64,000 bases of DNA from a virus. The notes under the pieces are model-generated. The model saw only the letters and a program-made list of their open reading frames with translations. It was not told where the DNA came from and did not search any database. Below are positions 18,789 through 26,680 of this stretch, in pieces (position 1 is the first letter of the stretch; each line of letters opens with the position of its first letter). Location: IMG/VR virus record IMGVR_UViG_3300006141_000001, one strand, 5' to 3'. Made by a program: the position numbers and the translations under genes.

Positions 18789-20120
18789 TTATAATCAACT
18801 CCTCCGCTTCTTCCATATCTGGGGCATCTGCACTGTCTTTAATAATTCCTTCAAGGACTTTAAAGCTAAAATTTTTATGTTTATATGCCTTAAATGTTTC
18901 CCTATTGTCAATCCTCACTACAACACCTTCCCTTACATGTGTCTTTCCAATCGGGTCTTCCCCATCATAATATTTTTCTACACGTTCCATTAAATCTTCC
19001 CATGTAGTAAAGACAAACTTTTCAAATGTGGGAACGCATTTAACTCCTAATTTCTCACATTCAATTTGAACTTGTTCCCATGGAATTTCTACAGTAAACC
19101 CATCTTCTCCTGTCATAGTCATACGATACACATAAATATCGTTTTCTCCTGGCTTACATCCATATGAAAATACCGTTTCTTTCCCATACTTCTTCTCAAA
19201 TTCCTTATCTTTTACTTTTTTATTGGAACATCTTCCCATTATTGTTTGGTCGCCTTCTGTATACCCAACAATTTCATAGAATATTTCTACTCCCTTGGGA
19301 AGCTTGTCTTTGAAGAAATTCTGATATTTTTCCCTGAATTTATTACTCCCATAAAATCCACCATTATAATCTTTTAAAACTTTCCTTCTAGTTCCGCTAA
19401 CAATCTTAAACTTACGAATTTCTTTATCATTCAGTTTGAATACTTTTTTTAGGAAAAGATTTCTTTTTCTTTTTTTCACCTCAATAGCATTCGCCGTGCG
19501 ATTCGATGTTCCATGCATCTTCAGCGTTATATAGCAAGTATCTCCTGGCTTGAATGCATTTTTATTATATGCAAGTTGCTCTGTGTCGCTATGTTCTTTA
19601 AAGAATGGATACGAAATTATTTCCTTTTCATCTTTTCTCTTCTTTTTCTTGTTATCGTGTGTGGCATTACTTCTTCTATTTGTCTTTGGAATATACTTCC
19701 TGCAAATCTCATGTCCATTCAGGACAGAAACTTTATCACCGTCAGATAAGGTTTCAATATCCACATATTTTCCCAACCTTTCGATTGGCAATACCAATCC
19801 ATCTGATTTCTCACCCCTTAATTTTAAAGCAGTAATATTCCTTTTGTTGGGGTCAAGATAACCACCAACATTATTCCCATCTCATCTTTTAACCTGACAA
19901 GATTATTCTCAATGGCAAATTCTTCACTTAACTGCCCATCTACAGGGAAATAGACTACTCTTTGTCCTTCTTTATACGATAAATCTACGATTACGTTATT
20001 TCCAAAAACTGTTGCGCATAACAACCTATCTGCATTACTATGCTTTCTAAGTTCTTTAATTGTTGTTATGTATCCACAATACCCATTGATAATATTCTGT
20101 TCCATTTCGCTTACCATCAT
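18781..20120 (-). CDS. ATP-dependent RNA ligase (Rnl2 or nick-sealing type) with an N-terminal OB-like module. It is interrupted by a 1-nt frameshift near 19840.
   Basis: Downstream ORF: motif I LKMHGTS (KxHGT as in T4 Rnl2), IFYEIVGY, EGVVVRID and KAYKHKNFSFK (motifs IV and V). Upstream 98-aa ORF: ITTIKELRKHSNADRL..GQRVVYFPVDGQLS, resembling the N-domain of some RNA ligases. The frames join as ...KDEMG/NNVGGYLDPNKR... Confidence 0.6.
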
Positions 20121-20171
20121 AAGCCGTGCGCACTTTTCACCTATAGGAACTTCCGATTTTTCCTTTCTTTT

Positions 20172-20450
20172 TTAATATGAATTCAGAAATCTGATTTTCG
20201 TTATATCTGATGGAATTTTGGTCAAATCTACCTCAAAATATTCTCTACAGCTATCGTCAGAGTATTCTCTAATCGCTTCTTTTGGCAATTCCGCTACAAT
20301 TCCATCTTCGCATATTTCTCCATCAAAGAAACTTAATAGTTCTTTAGGTTGAGATATGCCAATTTCTTCACATGCTTTCCAAATATGTAATTTCTTTTCA
20401 TATTCTTCTGTTTTTGGTTTTAATCCCTGTATATAAGAATACATACCCAT
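20172..20450 (-). CDS. hypothetical protein
   Basis: ORF track. Confidence 0.4.
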   Translation of the reverse strand: MGMYSYIQGLKPKTEEYEKKLHIWKACEEIGISQPKELLSFFDGEICEDGIVAELPKEAIREYSDDSCREYFEVDLTKIPSDITKIRFLNSY

Positions 20451-20685
20451 AATTCCCCTCCATTTTCTTGACTTTATCTATATTATATACTGTTTTTGTC
20501 CCTTGGTAGACACCAGGCAAAGATCCAAATAGAGATAGTGATAGCATCATGGGACATTTTATTCACTATTCGTAAAGGAGGTGTTGCCTATAGTAGCAGA
20601 TATTGCAACTATTGTTTCATTCGCTTCACTAGTACTTATGAAACTTGATTGTTTACGTTATCTTAGCCTGGTAGCCTACTTCGGA

Positions 20686-21393
20686 TTAACGAATATAAAC
20701 TGTATTTCCTTTTTCTTGGTTACAACAAACACACATTGTCTGAAAATTTTCCAATTTATTTTTCCCGCCTTTGCTCGTTGGGATTATATGGTCTTTTGTC
20801 ATTAACACTTCATTTCCGTTATTATCTATACCATATAAGTTCAAATGATACGATATATCACCTTCTGTTCTTTCTTTCGCAAAATATTTCCCCTCAATTC
20901 CACAGGATACACATTTCATCCCTTTTGTAAAAAACAATTGATATCTTTTAGAATTCCCTTTTATCAAATCTCCATCTAACTCTACTTTTGCATTTTGCTT
21001 AAATTTTTCAAATAACACATCTTTCGTTAATTCTCTTATTTCATCTATAGAATGGATTGATTTTCTTTCATATTTCTGATGTGTTTTCTTACTTTTATGT
21101 GGATTACCAACAGTAATATTATTGCTTGTAATTAAGCATTCTCCTAATAGGATTTTCTTCAAATCTGAAATGGTTTTTACATTTTTATTTATGTCAGCAA
21201 CATACCAATTCCAAGTCACATTAAAAATTTCAGTATCGTATGTAGGAGACAATGAGTTATTATTTTTGGGGAAATCAGTTTCCAAAAAATCTATTATCGT
21301 TGGAAATTTATCCATGAGGGCTTCTGTCCTTTTTTGAACCCTATAATTAAATCTCAGTCCCCTAAACCGATTTGTTAGTGCTTTTCTTCCCAT
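20686..21393 (-). CDS. HNH endonuclease
   Basis: C-terminal CVSCG...LMTKDHIIPTSKGGKNKLENFQTMCVCCNQEKG (HNH/zinc-finger motif). Confidence 0.75.
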   Translation of the reverse strand: MGRKALTNRFRGLRFNYRVQKRTEALMDKFPTIIDFLETDFPKNNNSLSPTYDTEIFNVTWNWYVADINKNVKTISDLKKILLGECLITSNNITVGNPHKSKKTHQKYERKSIHSIDEIRELTKDVLFEKFKQNAKVELDGDLIKGNSKRYQLFFTKGMKCVSCGIEGKYFAKERTEGDISYHLNLYGIDNNGNEVLMTKDHIIPTSKGGKNKLENFQTMCVCCNQEKGNTVYIR

Positions 21394-21424
21394 TACCCAT
21401 ATCCCTCCCTATCAATTTAGATAA

Positions 21425-21779
21425 TTATTCTACATTTCTTCTATCTTCGCAGTTATACCCATAACAAATTTCATATATTTCTGGCTTATGGATTTCCAGA
21501 TATTCCATGATTCTTTTAATTAAAACAATCTCTCCCAATGTAATCCCAAATTCTTGCGTCCTGAACCCATCTTTCAATTCATTATCTGGAATATATGAGA
21601 TCTTCTGATGCTTCATAAAAAATTGGAATAATACAAGCCTTCCTATGCTCTTGATTTGGGTCATAATCTAAGTATATCTTAACACCCTCATAAGATACTT
21701 CCACTTTTAAATGGTGTTCTCTATCATCATACATAAGTTCTTTTAAATCTCTTAAAATGTCCAAACATTTTTCCTCCAA
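21425..21779 (-). CDS. Hypothetical protein. Two overlapping ORFs in different frames; a possible frameshifted single gene.
   Basis: The 65-aa and 79-aa ORFs overlap by 83 nt. Confidence 0.3.
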
Positions 21780-21799
21780 AATAATAATTTTTTACTTTC

Positions 21800-22768
21800 T
21801 TATACTATGTCCTTCAAAGTTTTTACATCCATATTCACTTCTATTTTAGGTATCTCAATAAATTTCGAAAGCAACCCTTCGTGATAAAATACCTTGTCAT
21901 TATCAGTAATTTCTTCACCTAAAAACTTTCTCATTACAAATGGCAGCATATAATTATCTAAACATTTGAACTCAATTTTATTATTTTTGTCATGCCTTAT
22001 GATTTCTTTGCAGTATCCGTCAGTCCCAAAAATCTTATGGAGCGAAAATAACTCTGTTTTTAATGGAATAGGCATGTTTTCCATACCAAAAGAAATTTCA
22101 CACACAAGCCATTTCCTTTTCTCTTTATCCATATCTGATACATCAATCACAATTTCATCATTAGAAAAAAATACAACTCTTTTTGTTGAAATAATCGTCT
22201 CTTCTAAATATGATAAAACTCCATCCATAATGTATTTTTCATATGTAATGTGTCTCTTCGGATTACAGTTCCCTAAAATGACCTGCCTAATATACTTACT
22301 TTCAATAATATGCCTATTGTCTGTGAAATTCTCAATAAACTCCTCCCAAGTTTTTGCCTTGCCAAAAATATCCTGACTGTAATGATATAATGACGAAAAA
22401 TTTGCCTTTCTCATATCTATGCTAATAAAAAATTTCCCGTCATTAGATTCTTTAAATATATCCTTGTTTGGCAGCCCCATATGGGAAACGGTAAACTTAT
22501 TCATGTCCTCATTATTAAAGTCTTGATATGCTTCAGTATTTTTAATTCTTGAAATAGCATTATCTTTTATACTGTTATATTCTTCAAAATAATCCTGTTC
22601 ACACCTATATTTCTGCATTTCGTTCAAATATTTACGCCATTTTTTAGAAGTCCCGTAAAATCTGTCATATAGCAATATTCTGTCTAAAAAATATGGTTCT
22701 TGGAACAACCTAATTGGAATGTTGCAATCTTTGCAAAATCTTTCTTTAGCCTTGAGAGAAACTTCCAC
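21800..22768 (-). CDS. Hypothetical protein, possibly a partner of the upstream nucleotidyltransferase
   Basis: Start is 1 nt after the NTase stop. No confident motif, though FISIDMRKANFS is noted. Confidence 0.45.
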   Translation of the reverse strand: MEVSLKAKERFCKDCNIPIRLFQEPYFLDRILLYDRFYGTSKKWRKYLNEMQKYRCEQDYFEEYNSIKDNAISRIKNTEAYQDFNNEDMNKFTVSHMGLPNKDIFKESNDGKFFISIDMRKANFSSLYHYSQDIFGKAKTWEEFIENFTDNRHIIESKYIRQVILGNCNPKRHITYEKYIMDGVLSYLEETIISTKRVVFFSNDEIVIDVSDMDKEKRKWLVCEISFGMENMPIPLKTELFSLHKIFGTDGYCKEIIRHDKNNKIEFKCLDNYMLPFVMRKFLGEEITDNDKVFYHEGLLSKFIEIPKIEVNMDVKTLKDIV

Positions 22769-22769
22769 A

Positions 22770-23795
22770 TTAAACTCCTTTCACAATTCGCTCATTTACA
22801 TACATTTTGAACTCATTGATTTTCTTATAGTCTGGAAAATCTGGAAGAGATGTGTTGTTTTTTGCATATTCAAACTTCTTCTCATACCCATCCAGTAAAT
22901 CATAAAACGCAGATGTAGGCTGCCTATTCTCATCAAGAAATTCACCATTCCTAATTCTCATAAGTAAATCATGCTCGTCTGCTCTATATGTGATGATTTC
23001 TTCTTTTTCGAGAATGTCAATGCACATCATGTAAAGCCGGATCAAATGTGCTGAATGTTTCCCTAATTTATCATGTGATATCGCTTTTTCATTTCGCTTC
23101 CCAATTTTATTATAACTGCTTACAATGGCCTTCATCTCGTTACACATTCCTGCCCAGTCCCTCAACGGATAATGCCTTAACCTTGCATCAATGAAAATTT
23201 CACTATCGTACCCTTCATGTTCTGATTTATCAATATAAAGTTTCACCCTGCTGTTGCTTTGCGGGTAATACCTATTCTTAAAATCATACTTCGCATTTTT
23301 TATGCTTTTAAGGATATATGCTTCATTTTGTGCCTGCCCTACTAACCTGGCCGATTTATTGCCCAACCTACGGAGCTGGGACTGGGCATACCCGCCGAAT
23401 GTATGGATGCAGATTTTGGAAAGAAACATTCTTTTGTTACCTAGAAGTTCTTTCCCAATATCAGATAAATATAGATAATGTTCCGGAAGGGAACCCAAAC
23501 ATTCGATTACATTAGGGTTGCATTTTGTAAGTAGCTCAATCATTTTATTAAATGAATACATCACGGTATCTGTTTCTGTATCTACAACCTGCCCAAAATC
23601 AGTCCCCAATAGGATATCTTTCTTAGAATTTAACGCAATCCCTCTTACATCCAAATCAGACCCTTCCTTTTCCATCCCATAAGCATGGCTTCCTCCTACT
23701 GTTAAAAGAATAATATTGCTACCTAAATTTTTATCTTTCTTCAAAAAAGCATACTCATCTGATTTTATTTTTTCTTTTATTTGCCCAATGTTCAT
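22770..23795 (-). CDS. Pol-beta-superfamily nucleotidyltransferase
   Basis: TVGGSHAYGMEKEGSDLDVRG matches the G[GS]-x(9-13)-DxD NTase signature. Confidence 0.65.
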   Translation of the reverse strand: MNIGQIKEKIKSDEYAFLKKDKNLGSNIILLTVGGSHAYGMEKEGSDLDVRGIALNSKKDILLGTDFGQVVDTETDTVMYSFNKMIELLTKCNPNVIECLGSLPEHYLYLSDIGKELLGNKRMFLSKICIHTFGGYAQSQLRRLGNKSARLVGQAQNEAYILKSIKNAKYDFKNRYYPQSNSRVKLYIDKSEHEGYDSEIFIDARLRHYPLRDWAGMCNEMKAIVSSYNKIGKRNEKAISHDKLGKHSAHLIRLYMMCIDILEKEEIITYRADEHDLLMRIRNGEFLDENRQPTSAFYDLLDGYEKKFEYAKNNTSLPDFPDYKKINEFKMYVNERIVKGV

Positions 23796-23856
23796 TTTTT
23801 ACCCTCAAATTCTTCTTTGCCAGATTATGGATAAGTCTGTTCTCTTTCTAATAATT

Positions 23857-24516
23857 CTATAACGTCTTCATATGGCGCACCTGCATCAATTTTGTTTCCA
23901 TTCCTAGTTCATTCAATCGTTTCTGAGCCGTTTCAATTCTACTTTTTAATTCCTTAATTTCTTTTTCTTTATCTTCCCTTTCTTTTTTCTCTGCAAGTTC
24001 TTTATCGCTCTTATAGAATTCATCTTCAAAATCCCAATAATCATGCTCATCACCTTGCCAAGAACCAGAAACGATATGTAAAACTTTGTGTAGAGAAAAT
24101 CTACAAAAATCTGCATCGCATCCATGCCCGCAGCAATCCTTGTCTTTTCTATAATCTGCCATATCTGGTGTACACTCGCAATAACCATAATTCCTTGTAT
24201 CATATGTAAATTGCAATTGATAGTCATGACTTATCTTCAAAATTATATCAACATCAATAATCCCATTACATTCACATTCTTTTTTACCATCCGAAATATC
24301 AAACCAGTAGTCTGTAGAATGCTCTAGATCACTGATAAAATCACTGTATTTGCTTATTTCTTTATGAAAACTCTGGTATAAGCTTGAAATAATAAAAGGG
24401 ATATCTATTTCTTTTTCGTTATATAGTTTTCTATTTTCATTTTCATATTTTAAATGCTCAACAAAATTATCTAAAAATTTCTGCAATGTACTATTCTCTA
24501 ATTTCTTCATCATCAA
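23857..24516 (-). CDS. hypothetical Cys-rich protein
   Basis: CECNG...CECTPDMADYRKDKDCCGHGCDADFC cluster and a C-terminal coiled coil. Confidence 0.4.
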   Translation of the reverse strand: MMMKKLENSTLQKFLDNFVEHLKYENENRKLYNEKEIDIPFIISSLYQSFHKEISKYSDFISDLEHSTDYWFDISDGKKECECNGIIDVDIILKISHDYQLQFTYDTRNYGYCECTPDMADYRKDKDCCGHGCDADFCRFSLHKVLHIVSGSWQGDEHDYWDFEDEFYKSDKELAEKKEREDKEKEIKELKSRIETAQKRLNELGMETKLMQVRHMKTL

Positions 24517-24907
24517 ACCTCACAATATATACTTCCAGATTGTTCTTTTTTGCCAAATCAATCATGTGTTTTGTACCTTTGCTTTTGCCATCCCAAAACG
24601 CAATTAACACGCCATAATTTCCATTCGCCACAGCATATTTCGCCATTTCTGTATTTCTTACATAGCCTGCCTTCTTCCCTAATCCATTCCAGTCAGGATA
24701 GAATTTTGTTACTTCATATCCGGCAATCTTTGCATATTGTTCTCCTAATTGATCTGCTCCTTTAGCTGTACCACTGACAACCCTAATCTTGTCCAAATCA
24801 TTTCTTCTATTTATAATATCTGATAATATATTCGCACAGCTACTTATAAGTTTTGGCAAATCGTCAAAATCTCTACTACCAGCAATTACTACTCTTAATT
24901 CTTTCAT
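24491..24907 (-). CDS. SLOG-superfamily Rossmann protein (DprA/LOG-like, DUF2493-type)
   Basis: VVIAGSRDF, VVSGTAKGADQLGEQYA and GVLIAFWDGKSKGTKHMIDLA. Confidence 0.55.
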   Translation of the reverse strand: MKELRVVIAGSRDFDDLPKLISSCANILSDIINRRNDLDKIRVVSGTAKGADQLGEQYAKIAGYEVTKFYPDWNGLGKKAGYVRNTEMAKYAVANGNYGVLIAFWDGKSKGTKHMIDLAKKNNLEVYIVRFDDEEIRE

Positions 24908-25053
24908 TATTCCCCATCCTGTTTTTGTAGTTTTAATCCCATCCTCATCTGTAGCACATCTTCTTCAATCTGTTCTGTACTTGCTTTGATTTCCCTTCCA
25001 AAAGCGTTTCTGATAATAATATTGATATCTTCCATATCTTTTCCCCTATCATC

Positions 25054-25930
25054 CTACATTCTCGCAATCTTATATAAATCTTCATCTAAATATTTTCTTA
25101 AAATCTGTTCCTCGTCAAAACCAGTACCATGATAAAATTCTTCTGCAATCCCACCACCAATAGCACACAAGGTATCCATGTCACAAGGAAGTGAATAAAC
25201 ATTCCGCAAAAAGGACTCATAGTCTTCACTGTCCAAAAAACATCTAATTGCTACTGGCACACTCCCTTGGCAAGTAGCATCCCATCTATACACTTCTCTA
25301 TATTCATCTAATCCATACTCAACACTGTATTTATAAGACTCAACTGGATATTGTTTTTTCGCATAATTGGATATATCCGTCTTGGACGCTCCTGTCTTTG
25401 CCATGAAAATGCACATAGAAGTTGCGACAGCTCCTTTGATTCCTTCAGGATGATTATGTGTACAATTTGCTGATTTTGTTGCCCATTCTATTACTTCTTT
25501 TTCTGTATCAAAATATTCTCCAATATATGAACACCTCATAGCAGATCCATTACCAAAACTATTGTATGCCTTTTCATCATCCCATCTCAGCCAAGAATCA
25601 AAATTAGTTCATGGAAAATCATAAAAAATGCTCGTCATCTGTCTTATAATATAAACCCACATCAAAGTCATCATGAATATTTATCCTTATTATAATCATG
25701 TTTGCTTCTCTCCATTTATCAGACCCCTTCTTCCTTTGCCGATAAACTGACATAAGGCATCCAACAGAATATAAAATTATAATCACCAAAATCTATATAT
25801 GAATGTACGCGTAAGCAATTAAGAAACCATTTTTTCAATCCTCATATAATACTAAAACCCTCCTGTAAACCAAGGGGCGTAATGCCCCTCAGTTTTACCT
25901 ATCACTCATTCCTTTGTTATGTAATTGATT
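25054..25930 (-). pseudogene. ADP-ribosylglycohydrolase (ARH/DraG family). The C-terminal 161 aa are intact; the N-terminal half is disrupted by stops and frameshifts.
   Basis: Intact part: NCTHNHPEG and DTLCAIGGGIAEEFY. An in-frame TGA sits at 25609 directly before SFGNGSAMR (GNGAAMR motif). Upstream frames hold remnants such as YKTDDEHFL (compare ITDDTEM). Confidence 0.55.
25873..25889 (-). terminator. GC-rich hairpin (aggggc-gtaat-gcccct), candidate intrinsic terminator downstream of the 25931..26461 gene
   Basis: A perfect 6-bp GC stem in an AT-rich context, followed on the minus strand by TGGTTTA. Confidence 0.3.
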
Positions 25931-26461
25931 TTACTGATTTTGATTTTTCTTTTCTTCCAGATATTCCATTGCCCTAATATACGCTTCTTTTTGAATCTCA
26001 ATCTGCTTTTCCTTTTCAATAGCGGCTTTTCTAGCTAATCTTCTTTCTTTTTGAATACGCTTTTTCTTTCGCTTTCTTTCAATAATTTCCTGCTTCTTCT
26101 TTTCTTCGTTTCTTTCTTCAATCTTTTTATTGTATACTTTTAGGCCCTGCCTAACGGCCTTGTTATAAGCATTAGTACCGCCCATAATTTTCTTAGAGAT
26201 ACAAATAGAAATCGCCATTTCCAAACTAAATTTATCTGTCTTATCGCACACTGCCTTCTCTTTTGTCCCATCAGCAAAAGTCACTTCCACTACCTTGTTA
26301 GGAACAATAATTTTTACATCTGATATATTTATTCTTAGTTTTTCTAAAGTGATTTTAATAGGCATAGGTTCTATTCCAACCAACTTATTCCACGCATTAC
26401 AAGCCGATGCCGGTGCAAATCTTGATGTTTCTTTTAGAGTGTTTAAATTATTTTCTTGCAT
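25931..26461 (-). CDS. hypothetical protein with a K/E-rich C-terminal tail
   Basis: ORF track; RKRKKKRIQKERRLARK. Confidence 0.45.
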   Translation of the reverse strand: MQENNLNTLKETSRFAPASACNAWNKLVGIEPMPIKITLEKLRINISDVKIIVPNKVVEVTFADGTKEKAVCDKTDKFSLEMAISICISKKIMGGTNAYNKAVRQGLKVYNKKIEERNEEKKKQEIIERKRKKKRIQKERRLARKAAIEKEKQIEIQKEAYIRAMEYLEEKKNQNQ

Positions 26462-26497
26462 ATCTATTCCTCCATTTTCTTTTATTTATAATTAATT

Positions 26498-26680
26498 TTA
26501 AAAATTATTGTTTTTAATCAAATACAAACCTGAATATCCTCCCAATCCTCCTCCTTGTGTAGTTAACGCACAGGCAATTCCATCAGAATCATACACACGA
26601 TATCCTTGTTTATAATTTCTGGACAAATCCTTCCCATTGTCCAACCACTTATTGCTTTCTATCCCGCCAACAAATATCAA
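26498..26680 (-). CDS. C5-methyltransferase TRD-end-like fragment (TTG start, overlapping the upstream stop). Possibly a remnant or a frameshifted extension.
   Basis: NYKQGYRVYDSDGIACALTTQGGGLGGYSGLYLI resembles the conserved end of C5-MTase target-recognition domains. Confidence 0.3.
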   Translation of the reverse strand: MIFVGGIESNKWLDNGKDLSRNYKQGYRVYDSDGIACALTTQGGGLGGYSGLYLIKNNNF

